Below are positions 38,400 to 53,000 of a stretch of 64,000 nt of DNA, in pieces. The stretch comes from Geosiphon pyriformis uo1. Its lineage: Eukaryota > Fungi > Glomeromycota. Under the pieces are notes generated by a model. It did no database searches, was not told where the DNA came from, and saw only the letters and a list, made by a program, of their open reading frames with translations. How positions within the stretch are numbered: the stretch's first letter is position 1; every line of letters begins with the position of its first letter. The position numbers and the translations under genes are program-made. The DNA is taken from positions 514,763 through 578,762 of the forward strand of contig JAAOMT010000057.1 in assembly GCA_016748015.1 (NCBI GenBank), given 5' to 3'.

Positions 38400-40388
38400 T
38401 TTTAATAAAACTGTTTACTATCTATGTTTATATGATCTAAAATTTTTTGAATAAATATAAGTGATAAATAATATAATTATAATGATAGATTTTTTAAATA
38501 TTAATAGTATTCTTAGTTATTTGTTTAATCACAGATTGTTAATTTATAAGTATTGAGTTGGTTTTTCAAACATTTATTATAATACTTTATTAAGTTAAAA
38601 ATTAGTTTAATCAACAACTTTTTGGCTAGTATAATAAAAATTTTTCTAAATTATAACATTTTTTTTGAAAATTTGTTTTTTTTCATATTTTGTTTTTCTA
38701 ATAACATTCTAATATTGCTTATTTTAGAAAATTTGGTCTTTTATAAGGTTTTTTGCTTCTTTAAAAAATTTGGTATTGCTTTTATTAAACAACTTTATAT
38801 TAAAAAAAGTTAATTTTTGATTAAAAAAGTTTTATTATTAAAAAAAAACTTGATTTTAAAAGTCTAGTTTCTGTTTGATTTAAATTAGTATTTGATTTTT
38901 TAGTTAATAATATCTTTTATTAAACTAATTTGTTTTTAAATAGTAGTTTCTGTTTTTTAAATATTTGTGGTTTTAATACTTTTTTTGTGATTAAAAAAAG
39001 TTTTTCTGATGTTAATTTAGATATTATTAATATTTATACAAATAAGTTTTTGAAAAATCTAAGTATATTTAAGATAAAATATAATACAGTTGTATTTTTT
39101 ATTAATTTGAATTTGGTTGTAAATTTTGTAATTAATAATATGATTTTGTTTATATTAATAGAATTATATATAATTGTTTTGGTGCCTGAATATATTTCTG
39201 TTTCTAATACTATTAAGACATATTCAGATAGTTAAACTGTTTTGAATATTTATTTAATTGAATTAAATATTGCTTTGCCAGATTTTTTTAATTGTTGTTA
39301 ACTTAAAAGACATAATATTATAAATTTTATTAGAAATAGAAATCTTTATATTACTTAGTTTAAGGTTAAAAACTATTTAAATGTTTTAAATAATAAATAT
39401 GCTAATAAACTGATTGTTTGTACTTTTTATTTGAGTTTAATACTTTTTATTTATATTCATAAAAAGTATATTAAAGTTAGTAATATAGTAATATTTAAAA
39501 ATACTAAGTATTTTATTTGTAATATATTCAAAATTATTTGTTATATTTGCTAAAAAATTAAATCTGGTTTTAATATTATAAATAAAAATATTATTAAAAA
39601 TATTAATTAAAATCAGATTGTTTTAATTTGACATTTTAACTTATATATAATCTTTAGTTTTATTAGTAAAACATTTGCTAATTTGTATTTATATTTTATA
39701 AAAACTTTGTATTATTACTTGTCTGTTGCTATTTATAAACATTTGTACAATAAAAAATATCTTAGTATTTTATGTTTATATTATAAAAAGATAGAATTTT
39801 TTTATATATAAATCAAATTTTGCTGTTTGTAAAAAATTAATCAAGTTGTAAATAGTTTTATAAAGTTTTTTTTCAAATTTAAGTCTGTTATCTACTTGTG
39901 TTTTACTGTTGTTTTTTTTATATGTATTTAATTATATTGTTTATATTGTTTTGTGTAAAAGTATTATATTTAAAAAATAGTATTTGAAAGCTTTGTTTAT
40001 TTTTGGTTGCTTACAGATTGTTATTAAAAAAATTATTAATTTTGTATATAGTTTAAGTATAGTTTACTATAAAAAAATATAATTAGTGTAGTCTAAATAT
40101 AAAGCAGTTTTAGAAAAGAGTAGTTTGGTTTTTTGCAATAGTTTTATGTCTTTAATGATATATAATTTAATGTCTTTGCTTTTTAATAGTGTTGTTAAGT
40201 TGCTTAGAATTACAAAAACATATAATATTAGTTTTAATACACACAAATTTTGTGATCTTTTTTTAAAAATTAGTTGTTATATTTCTGTTAAAATAAATAT
40301 ATAGTGTTGTTCTAATTGGTTTAAGTAGCTGGTCATATATAAAAAATATATAATTTGCATCTAATTTAAATTACTTAGTTTAATATAT
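38400..40388 (+). mobile_element. Second, more decayed LINE 3' fragment (post-RT region, RNase H, 3' UTR)
   Basis: IINIYTNKFLKNL...IELYIIVLVPEYI...YSDS*TVL resembles LINE RNase H (YTDGS..EL.AI..AL..YSDSQ); a 3' UTR motif AGTAGCTGGTCAT near 40325 is shared with the other LINE ends. Confidence 0.6.
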
Positions 40389-41148
40389 TGTTACAGTTAA
40401 AACCCATACTTTTTATTAGTTATTATATGTATTAATTACTAATATTATATAATTAGCCATTTTATTTTTAGATAATAATCATTGACCTAATTAATAATCT
40501 AATTATTAATCTAATTATTGACCTAATTATTGACCTAATTATTGATCTGATTGTTAACTTGATTATTGACCTAGTTATTGATTTGTTTATTGACTATTTT
40601 CAATAGCTATATAAGTGATAAGTCTCTTAGTTGTAAAAAGACATAATCAAAGTAATAAAATAAAACTCACTATTAATTATTTCTTCTTATATTGCTTATT
40701 TCTTTTTTTTTATCTTTAAATATCTAAATATCTTGGAATAAAAAATTATTTGTTGGCATTTACATACTTTATCTTTTTTTTTGATTTGTATTATTAGAAT
40801 TAGTCTGAGAAATGATTGCTTGTTTTTGTGATTTATTAAATAAAAAAACAATTGAAAAACACAATAATACCTGTTATTAATTTTAAAAATTATTGAATTA
40901 AGGCATAGAATAATAGCAGTGGTATTATTTGTTAATAAACACAGACTATTTTTTTACCTTTAGATTTTCAAAAAAGATTTGTAACTGTGATTTTTATAAG
41001 ATTGATCACATATATTGAATTTTTACTTATTTAATTCATTTCCATATTGTATTTTTTTTTGATTATTTTTATTACTCTACAATTTTGTTCTCTCTTGCTA
41101 TCTGTTAGCTTGTTATTCCAACTCATAATAATATTATGTTAAATAACA
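40389..41148 (+). repeat. Probable LTR of another family, containing a 12-bp tandem array
   Basis: Starts TGTTACAG and ends TAACA followed by TTTGG; no matching TSD seen. Confidence 0.45.
40481..40595. repeat. Minisatellite, ~12-bp unit ATTGACCTAATT, about 9 degenerate copies
   Basis: attgacctaatt / aataatctaatt / attaatctaatt / attgacctaatt / attgacctaatt / attgatctgatt ... Confidence 0.8.
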
Positions 41149-41499
41149 TTTGGATCTTATTTATTAAAAAAAAATTAATGAGTTTATAATAATTTTTAAG
41201 TTTTTTTTTTGTTATTATTGTTTTATATAATATATTTTTTAAGTATATTTATTGTTAATATTAAAACAGTTCTTAATGTTTTTAATAAAATTTTTTAAAT
41301 TATATTAAAGCTTATTAATGTTTGCACAATATATTATTGTTTATTTTAAAACTTTTAAAATTATTATAATTGTTTTTGTTTGTTAATTAGTTTTAATAGA
41401 TAAAAACAGTATTAAAATCTTTTTTTTTGTTAATTAAAAAAGATTATTATTTTTTGTAATATATTTAAAATCAAGTTGGTTAATTTTTTTGGCTATATA

Positions 41500-42200
41500 G
41501 TTTTTTTTTTTTAATTTTTTTTAATGAGTAAAGTCCAAATATGACTTACTACTATACATTACATCAATAATCTAAACTAAGTGTGAATCATGTATTTGCT
41601 ACACATGACCAGCCACTCAGGTCAATCAAGACAATACTAGACACTTATATGAACAGAAACTATGTTTCTAATATCTGAGAAAAACAGACAAGACTTACAA
41701 AACCCAAAACTAATACCAAATACATTGGCAACACCCAATAACCTAACCATTCCAGCTGAGAACACCACCAAAAGACCAGAAACTGAGACAGGAACAGAAC
41801 TATCCTATAGAATCAAGCCACATTTTTTTATAATAACCTGGTATTTGATACACACCAGCCAAATATTATCCTAAAAAGCAAAACAAAATTTACACACAAA
41901 AAATACAACATTCTGAGCTGTAACTTTAGAATTCTTAAAAACAAAAACAGATTCATGATACCAATTGTTGAAAACAAAACCTTTACACAGAGCTGTACTA
42001 ACAACAACATCAGAAACACAAATATACAACAATTGCAAGACACAAGAAAAAGAGTGAGATAAACTCGAGTGCATCTCCCAAGTAGACACATGAACTTCCA
42101 TCAACTAAACACAATCAGCAGTGTTAAAAGGACAAGAAAAAACATGGTTCAAGACCTCAACATCTCCACAGAACAAACACACCACATTGGGGTATATAGT
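41500..42200 (-). mobile_element. 5'-truncated LINE 3' end with poly(A) tail
   Basis: Minus strand reads YPNVVCLFCGDVEVLNHVFSC (C-terminal zinc-binding motif); shared 3' UTR GAGTGGCTGGTCATGTGTAG; poly-T run at ~41500-41522 on +. Confidence 0.75.
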
Positions 42201-42870
42201 TTTTGAAATTAATAATTATATCTGTTTTATTTTCTGTTTTTTTAACTTTGCATAATAATTACAATATATTATTGTTATTTTTAGTTTTTAAAAAAACCTA
42301 AATATTATAATTATTAAACTAGTACTTTAAAAAAATGTTATATTTGGTAAAAAATTTTTGAATATTAATGCTACTTTAAGTATTAAAATGTAGATTATTT
42401 GGTTTTAAGTTGTAAAATATTGTTCAAATCTGTGATTTTTTTTAAGGTTTTGAATCTTATGTTAAGGCTTTTGTCTTATTAGCTTTTTTGTTGTTGTTTT
42501 TTTGGCTGTTTCTGCTGTTGTTGCTGTTAATCTTATAGTTGGTTCTAAATTAGTTCTAAGTTGGTTTTTTTGGAATTTGAGTTGGCTGTTTTGGTTTTTT
42601 TGATCAGATTTATTGTTGAATTCATTAATGCTTTGGTTGTTTTGGTTACTAGATTACTTAATATTTCTTTTGTTTTACATAATAAGCTCAAAGACATAAT
42701 TAAACTTGTTCTCAGAATAGGTTTTTTTCTTTAGAATCAACGTAGTTTAGCCTTAAATGGACTTGTGTGTCTGCTCATATGTAGAAAGTGCTTGAATCAC
42801 ATCTAATTTAGGACTCTTGGTAGGTATTATATTAGATAGTAATAGGCGTTAAATAATAATAAAAAAATGA
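42200..42870 (+). mobile_element. Possible non-autonomous LINE derivative (ORF1-like end joined to a LINE-type 3' UTR and A-rich tail)
   Basis: CTGCTCATATGTAG...CACATCTAATTTAG at ~42770-42810 resembles the other LINE 3' UTRs and is followed by an A-rich end; no ORF2 motifs seen. Confidence 0.4.
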
Positions 42871-43488
42871 TGATAATGATAAATTAATTTTGTTAATAAT
42901 ATTATCTATTATATTATTATTTAATTATTATTTATAAATATATACGTATAATAAAACAGCAAAAAAAAATTGTTTTAATTAAAATTAAAATAAGTTTGTA
43001 TTAAAATGAAATTTTTTTTTTAATTATAATAACTTGATTATTAATTTTCTTAGTTTTGTGCATATAATTTTAAATTTGTTTTATTCAAAAATTATTATTA
43101 ATTAATAAACTGAATAAATCATTTTTTAAAAACAAAAATAACATTATACAATTGAAAAACTTAATCAATGCTTAAAAACAATTTAAATTGTACAAATTCA
43201 AAAAATATAAGGTCTGATATAATACATAAGTTTATAATTTATTGTTATAAAATTTTATTAAAACGAATAATTAATTATTAATTATATTAAGAAAACATAA
43301 ATAAAAGTATCGACAGTGGAAATAGTAAAAAGCATTACAAAAAAAAACAATAAACAAAAAGTTTTATTTGTGAATTTAGTATATAGGTTTTCGAGGTTTA
43401 AAACGCAGACCGAACTTTTGTTACTGCACTCAATTTCTCTACATAGATAAATAATTTGATAGGGTATCTTTTTAATTTATAATTCAAA

Positions 43489-44528
43489 TTACCAGCCCCA
43501 AGTTCCAAGGCCACCTTTGAACCCTCGTTCCCCCCCGTCAATATCTGAGGTGATCCAGCCGCCGTAAAAGTCACCTTCCTGGGCGTTCACCTGATGGGAA
43601 AATATGGTTGAGCGTGTAATAGATTTCGACTACAGAAAGGGAAAGGGAAAGGTAAAAGAGGCTTAAAATTTTAATTTGAACTGACCTTCTCACCGTCTAC
43701 ATAGCATTCGAATGGGCTGGGGTAGAACTATTATTGGATTTATTTCCATGTTCGTTATGAATAGATAATTTGATTTATTGATATTGAAATTTTAACATGT
43801 TAAACTTGGGAAATGGAAGCAAGAATTTCAAATAACTTATTTTCATACCGAAAGATAGTTCTTGATATTTGCGTAAGCAGGGTTGGGTTTTATATAAAAC
43901 CAAACTTTTATGACATTCGAAATTGAAAAATTTTATTTTTCACGAAAATGTTATTTATTTCTAAAAGAAAAAAAAGTGACTAACCTCGATCATGAATGAT
44001 TTCGTCATCATTCATTTTCACGTCGTAGTAACTCGCTGTACCTTTCCACTGGTAAAAGGTCATTAGACAAGAATTTTAAGTTCCCAAAATAGATCGAAAT
44101 TCAATTTTTTTTGGAATGCCAATTCCATACCTCGCAAAAACTATTCCGCTCACTTATTACGAAATGCTTCAGTAGGACGTCTTTCGGTGGTATATAATAC
44201 GCTGAATTATGTTGACAAAATCAGAATTTTGTGTAATCAATCAAAAGATAGTTCCCTGAAATAAAACCCTACTTGGGGGATGCGAGGTCTCCAAAATACG
44301 ATAGGCGTTCTTGGTATCAGCTAAAACTATGCCTTTATAAATGACTTTGAGATGTCGTGTAGTGTGTTCAATTGCTGGTGGTCTAAATTGAAAAAGGCCA
44401 AATTGTCAAAATTTAAATGAAGAAAGTTAAATCTAAGATTTAATGGTTGTGCGCGTATAAATATTTCACAAAGCCTGTTACCGTGGATAATCCCACACAC
44501 TTTGACGCTTTTTACCCTCTTGACTCAT
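43489..44528 (-). CDS. DUF427 domain protein (multi-exon; missed by the ORF track)
   Basis: Manually spliced GT-AG exons give MSQEGKKRQSVWDYPR|PPAIE...ADTKNAYRILETSHPP|TYYIPPKD...SFCE|WKGTASYYDV...|VWFY..PNPAYANIKNYLS|FYPSPFECYVDGEK|VNAQEGDFYGGWITSDIDGGERGFKGGLGTWGW*. Confidence 0.88.
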
Positions 44529-44729
44529 TACGAATTTATTGTTAAAAAAAAATAAGAATATTTGAGACTTTTTGCAAACATGATCACAATGAAGAAATGA
44601 GTATTATTGGCATATAATCAAATCCAAGTGATTTACAATTTGGTAATCCCTAATATCAATGGATCCTCGCATGGTCAATCTTTATAAAATTAACGAACTA
44701 ACAAAGATTCCAGACTCGCAAACTTCACG

Positions 44730-46099
44730 ATGTCTGAGAAACAATCTTCCCACGAGGTTCAACAAATTTTCAGTGTTATTGAAGATATTTCGAACAAAAT
44801 TGAACGATTTCCCGTAAGTTTTATCTATGAAAAAAATCGAGATGTTAAAGAATTGAGAGCCAAGCATTTACAGGTAGTCTATTTAGTAGAGTCTCGTAGT
44901 TGCTTAAAGAGAAGGTTGTCATAATTTTAAGAAATTAAACGTTTTTGATTTCAAAAAGTATGTGAAACACAGTGTGACTTCATTGATTTCTTGTGAATCT
45001 TATTACGATGGATGTGATTGTACCGACAATTGCGAATCTTCAGAATGTGGGTGCAAATCAACTCATGGTGAATATTTTCATTCTTTTCATCATGCAATTG
45101 TAATATTGGATATTTTTGTGACTGATATGAATAAATTATGCCCTAATCCCGAATCTCAAAAATTTCTTTGAGGCTTCTTTTACGATCCAACAATCCCGGG
45201 GCTTCATCCTTCTCTTATCTCGCCAGACACGGGCAAATTCTCACATACAATCTACGAATGCAATTCTTCGTGTACATGCACCCCTGGCTGTTTAAATCGT
45301 TTGGTTCAACATGGTACCACACTGCCATTGCAAATTTTCAAAACTCATAATAAGGGATGGGGTGTTCGTGCCATACCTTTGAATCCAAGTAAAAGTGTTG
45401 ATAATCGATTTCAAGAAACTATAATAAAGAAAGGACAGTTTGTATGCGAGTACGCAGGAGAAATCATAAAAACCGAGCAAGTAAAAAGTCGATGGAAAGT
45501 CTATCAGGAAAGGGAAGAGGGGGAAGGAGATGCTGGAAATTACGTCCTTTGTTTGAAGGAGCATATTGGGTCAGTTGGCAACTTTCACATAAGAGCTGGT
45601 TTAAATTCTTTTTGATTTAACAATTGATTTTCAATAAAATATTTTATTTGCTCATAAAAAAGACACGAGCGCATTTTACGCACGGTAACAGAAGTCCAAA
45701 TAAAGTTTTCATATATATATTTTATCTGAAATTAAATGAAGCAAAAATCCCAAAATTTTTAAGAACATTGACCCAACATTTATTGGTAACGTTGGTCGAT
45801 ACATCAACCATTCCTGTTCACCGAACCTTGCCATTTTTCTAGCACGCGTCAACTCGCTAATTCCTATTGCAGCACTATTTGCTGTACGAGATATCTGTGC
45901 TGGGGAGGAACTGAGTTTTGATTATGCTGGGAAAATTGGAATACAAGATGGAAATAAACTCGAATATGTGACTAAAGAGGTTATGGGAGGTTATACGAGT
46001 AGAGAAGAGCCAAAACACTTTCAAGGGTTAGAGAAGAAACCTTGCTTGTGCTCTAGTGAGGAATGTCGTGGAATCTTGCCTTTTGATGAGTCTTTGTAA
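44730..46099 (+). CDS. Pre-SET/SET/post-SET histone-lysine N-methyltransferase (SETMAR/Suv39-like), spliced
   Basis: DISNKIERFPV; GCDCTDNCESSECGC; IYECNSSCTC; KGWGVRA; FVCEYAGEII; GNVGRYINHSCSPNL; EELSFDY; post-SET CLCSSEECRG. Confidence 0.9.
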
Positions 46100-46444
46100 A
46101 ATAATTTGAAACTCATAAAAAGGTATGAATAAAATTTATAGTTTTTGACACTAAATAGTGAGAATTCCATAAAATATGTAGCATCACTTATTCATGGTTC
46201 ACCAAAGATCGAAGACGCGACTCAAGCAAGCGATCATAAATTGCCATGTTGGAAAATCTATCTTCTATCTATCTATACAGGATCTAATCATCTGCGTAAC
46301 GTAACGCTAATGTGATTTCTAAATTTGGTTAATGAAGCGCGTTCGTATCGTGAAGCTATGGTACAAGAAATACAAAAAAATAATGCAAAAATTGTTCTCC
46401 CTTCTTCCCTTTTCACCGTTATACTCCTCTCCCATCTATGAAAT

Positions 46445-47520
46445 TTAACTCAATAAGTTTGAGATCATCATATGACCTCTACGTTCCGGCCCTTCATCTT
46501 CCGAGTTGCCCCCTTTTTCTGATAGCGCCTCATTTGATGAATCTGTTATTGGCGGTGAAGGAATGGCCTGGCGAAAATTCTGAGGAAAAACCGAGTAACT
46601 TTCAGTTAGTGGAACTTGTGTAAATGGTTTTAACACACAATGTGTCGTGAGTGTGGGTTTTGTATTGGTGAGAAGTGATACTGGTTGGGAAAGGAGGAAT
46701 TGGGGTGAAGCTCGACTATTTGCTTTTCCAGCATTTTTATCAAAAGTGCTATGTTGAATAACGCCCTCGTTATCGACCATCATATTATTGGGGGGTTTCA
46801 GAATCCCTTTTGGAATCACATGTTTGAGTGGTGGAAGCCGCGTACTTCCAACTGCTAAAGCCTTTCTATCACTCTGATTCGTGTCAGTTCTGAGAGGCGG
46901 AAGAATAAGTAAAGAGTTTGGTTGATATGATTGATAGGAGCGTTGGGATTGCAAGCTTATTCGCCTTTGCAAGATGGGAGAGCCACAGGGAGTCGAGTTA
47001 GTTATCACTGCACCTTCTTTCAGTGTTAACGGAGATCGTTGTATTGATGTTCGGTTTGGGTCAGTTAAGGATTGACCAGAGGATACTTGCGGCTCCCGTA
47101 ATGTAAGATGAGTATGCCATAAGTTTGTAATTCTTCCAATTCCGATTGATGAACTGTTGAATTGATCTGACCGATTTGACGAAGAAGAAATGCGACCCCC
47201 ACTTGGTTCAACAAAACCATAAGTTGCTCTCTCTTGGCGAGTCCGTTCTTCTTGCTTACGTTTCGCACGTCGATTTTGGAACCTTTGAACATTTTCGCAA
47301 ATTTTTACTTAATATAATTGTTCTGATTATATGTACTTTCTTGTCAATAAGTCTCAGAAAAAATTCAGAATTACCAAATATGTACGCTTTTACTTGGCAT
47401 CCTCAAAACTTCAGCGATACGCTCACGAGTAGCGGCATCAGGAAAATCATCGTGTTCGAAAAAAGACTCGAGATATTGAACTTGAGTGGGAGTTGTACGA
47501 TGCCGTTGTTGATTACTCAT
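46445..47520 (-). CDS. Homeodomain transcription factor with a low-complexity C-terminus
   Basis: Exon 1 MSNQQRHRTTPTQVQYLESFFEHDDFPDAATRERIAEVLRMPSKSVHIW splices to FQNRRAKRK (WFQNRR helix 3), then reads in frame into the 187-aa ORF. Confidence 0.9.
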
Positions 47521-48340
47521 TTTTCACTAAGAAGAATAGAAAAGGTTTAGACGGTTCCGTTTTACTATTATTATTATTATTATAGATATATATCTATAAT
47601 TAAAGAAAAATAAAAAGAAGGTGAGGGTTCGTGCGGACAAAAGTTGATGATTTGCCGAAAAAAAAGACGCTTTTTAGGCGCGACGAATAGTAAAGGGATT
47701 ACGTGGGTTTTTATCAGTTTTCTCGTGTCATTATTAATTTACGTAATCTTTGGGTAATATGATCAATCACGAATCCATCTACTAAATCCAAAATATATCG
47801 ATTTTGTTGTTAGCAGATTACCAAGTAAAAAATTGAATATTTTGACGCCCAATATATTCTCGATTTGTTGGGCTAATTGACAATGTGTTTAATCTATAGA
47901 GCTATTTCTTTTGATAAAATTTGTTCTTTTTCTCCACAGATTAACTTTTCTCGGGACTTTTTATTTGACATGCCCAATTTACGTCAAAACTCTAATCAGA
48001 TCATGGATCAAATTGGAAATTAATGGAATGATTAACAGAAAATTCTCGATATTCACATATTTTAATTAACTTGATGCAGATTTTCCCAATATGATCAAAG
48101 GTTTAATTTTCGCTTTTAGAATAAATCAAATTAAGTATTACCCTAATTGGGCTGAAACACGCCCAAAAAAGGTTAGCTGCTTCAATTACTCTTACACATG
48201 ACACAATCAAGATTTTTTCAATCAAGTGACCTTTGATAAACGGGTGTACTTTCACAGATCAATAGAAGTTATTAATCCAAAGTGAGAATTATATTTAGCT
48301 TTGATCATCCGGGACTTTCCTTGGATCCTCTTTCTTTGCC

Positions 48341-49703
<1,363 letters not shown>

Positions 49704-50068
49704 TGTAAAGATAATTGATAAAACACAGATAGAAAAGAATTTGAAAATCATTCTTTAATAAAGGTCAGATCCAGAGTCTTGATGAATCCCCTTAGGAGGT
49801 GTTGGATTCAATTGGAGGTTTTCAATTTTCAAATCAGAGATCGCTTTGAATTTCTACCCATGCATTTGCTAAATTTGGGTACAATACCTGATAAGCTAAA
49901 CGCGATCTATTACCTGTTAACATCTGATCAACAACATTTGTGATGGCCTATCATCGTGGGAATTTTGAAAGTTTGCAACCACTTCTATAATGTAGGGAGT
50001 TAAATCGATTAATGATCGACCATTCATAATATGTTCTTGAATTTGTTTACTCTAAATTTTGTTTCATC

Positions 50069-53000
50069 ATGTCTCACTCTAATATGGGTTTGCAAGTTGG
50101 CGAAGATAAATTGAAACAGCTTCTTGAAATGGTACTTGCAAAACTCGCTTTTCGGTTTAGCGTTGTCCGAGAATTAGATACGCACCTACAAAGCGCTAAT
50201 TTAGTAGCGCTTTTCTTTGCTTTCAAGGGTATTGCGGAAGAACAGGCTGTGAATGCACTTCGGGTAATTTTAAACAGATAAAAAGTCGGGATCCCTTAAT
50301 TGTGGACGATTTTAGAGTTGCACGCTTTTGAGTTTCTTGGAGGCTGCCAGTACTTGACGCGTCTTCCATTCCATGTAGCAATTTGATAATGATATAGACC
50401 GTGCAATTGATTATATTTTCTCACCCACTAATGTGGATGATCGGGTATTATTTTTCTTTTGGCTTAATTTCCTCTCAACGTGAGTCGTGGGATCGCTTTT
50501 CTGATGAATGAGTTTATTAGCTTGCTTTAAACAAAGTCGACGCTCCAGATCCAATGAATACTGATTACCCAGGTTGGCAGACTTCCACGCCTCGGTCAGA
50601 GAGTAAGTTAGCTTCCTTTTATGTGCAATACTCCTATGGAATTTTGCTTATTAAATCTAGAACAGTGATTCTGTACAAAGCACAATTCAACATTCCCGAT
50701 GGTGCACCCAATAATCATTCTACCATAGACTTGACTCAAGATAATTCCGGTAAGTGTCGCGTACACAGGTGTCTACTTCGCTTTGGACATAATTACATGA
50801 TATTCGATTTTCGTCCATTTCCTTTTTATAATATGAATGCCTAGAGGCGTCAATTAAGGATCAACAGGACGTCCAAATGCAACAAAGTCTCCTAAAAAGG
50901 TTGGTTGATACGACCTCACATTCAACCACTACCCAGGACGAAGGTTGGGGAGAGATTCCTCTTACTGTGGCAAAGGCTGCTCAATTGGTATTTTAGCAAA
51001 TATTTTTTCCAAGCTTTTAAATAAAATTTGCTTCTTTAATTTTTGCTCTTTCGGCTATTTACGCTTGATGATTGCTTTAGGAAGACGTGGATGTAAGTTA
51101 TAAAAGCAGTACACAACAAAACCTTCCCTGGCCCATGATCTCGCGGTATCGGACTGACCCAGAGAATCCTTTGCATCGCACAAGGCTTCAATACACGTTT
51201 GTTTAAATCTACTTTATTAAAATTTTTCAGCATATCTCCGAAATATTATGCAAAAGGTCCCCATATTTTATGTCTAAATTACTATAATTATCAGGCCAGT
51301 TGGACTGAGAACACCTAGAGAACATCAATTCGCAACGTGTTTTATACAAGCTTTTTTTCATATACCGCTATTTCGTGCATCTGTACTGTCATGTCGACCA
51401 ACCCGGGAAAATTGGGGCAACGTAGAGGGGTATTGGAAAGGAACTGCCTGCGGCCTCTCAAACGAAAGTGATAATTTCAGCCAAACCTTTTCGCAATATG
51501 GGTTTCGACAGTCTAGTTATACTCGTATGTAATTCATGAGTCTCATTTTAATTTTAGTGATTAACTTTGTAATTCCTCTTGAAACGATAGTTGTGCATGA
51601 GATGCAAAAACTTTTTGCGTTTCTCTTACTGAGTGACAGAAGCTATGGTGATGCCAGCTATGTTATCGATGCTGTAAACCCTCAAGTGAAAAGTACTGGT
51701 TGGCATGCTACATGGTTAGATTTTGTTGGAGGTTTGTTCCAGTAGCTTTAGGTTTATCTCTATCAGTGAAATTCTTTGATAACAAATGAACTCAAACTCT
51801 TTATTAGAGTTTTGTAAGACCTTAGCTGGCAAATTGATACAAGCTATAAATTACAGCGATCTAGATCATGAGACCAGCAAGATTCGTCCTGAATTAATAG
51901 GTTATATTCTTTCATTTGAAGAGTAAGTCAACCTTGAAATCTGAAATTTAAAATTTTAGTTGGTGAATACATTTTTCGATGTTGAAAATCTTTGTAATCA
52001 TTTTATTGTAGCATATTCACCTCCTACGTCAGGGTCCCTCCTTTTTACGACAGTTATTATCCTTCCCCAAAACTGGAACGTGTCATAATATCCTTTGAAT
52101 TTATTTTTCAATATTATCGTGATCTCATTCCTCGCAATAAATTATACCTTGACTTTTATTTTAATGGACGAAACAACTTGGAAATTTCATCTCACAACAA
52201 TCTTTATGAAGCTTTAGATGAAATTTTGAACAAACCCACCGAAAAATATTTTTTTTCCGATCTTGCTAAACTCTTAATCTTGCGGGTGATTCCCAAGGAC
52301 TTGTCTGATAATATAGGTTATCCTTATTCAGATAAGTCTTTCAAGCTTGACAAAGAAATCTATGTAGATCGATACTTGGAAAAAAACCGGGACCAAGTGA
52401 TTGATTGTTGCCGAATGATAGAAGAATTAACGGGAAAAATTACAACAGCTAAGCAGGCGATTGAGAGCATAACACAATTTGAGGTGAGTTATTGAATAAT
52501 TATTGTTCTTGATTCGAGTTCTTAATACTCTTGTGATAAGTTTTGATTAAACTACGAAAAGGGGAATTCTAATGGTCCGGAACTCCTGCAAAGTTGCATC
52601 GAATATTATCAAAAGAAGCTTGAGGCTATTGATCCAAACGACACTCAAAGTATTGAGCAAATTAACAGGACTATCAACTTTTTAAAAACAAACAAGGAGC
52701 AGGCTGAAGCCAAGCTTAATGGTATTACTGATATCGGAAATTTACTTGCTTCAACATTTACTAAAAGAAATATATTTATCATTCAGAATATTTGGCTGAA
52801 ATTGAGGATTCTCAGAATCGCCTGGCTACGATTTATGATATACCAGAATTACAGCAAACTCTTTACCGCCTTCGCGCTGTATTAATATACGATGGAGAAA
52901 TTGGCGAAGGTCATTATTGGGCCTACGTGTGGGTTACAGGTGGGGAAACGGAGGAAGAGCCTGAAAATGGCTGGTGGAAGTTCTGTGATACGACGGTGAC

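Noticed and set aside
40481-40595. CRISPR-like array (also considered for 4051-4112)
   Set aside because: Contiguous short tandem units without unique spacers; eukaryotic context; no cas genes.
43489-44528. Recent horizontal transfer of the DUF427 gene from bacteria
   Set aside because: It has six spliceosomal introns and host-like composition, so there is no sequence evidence for a recent transfer.
44730-46099. SET methyltransferase functionally linked to the adjacent repeat block, or a SETMAR-type transposase fusion
   Set aside because: The gene ends after post-SET with no transposase domain; adjacency alone is not evidence of a link.
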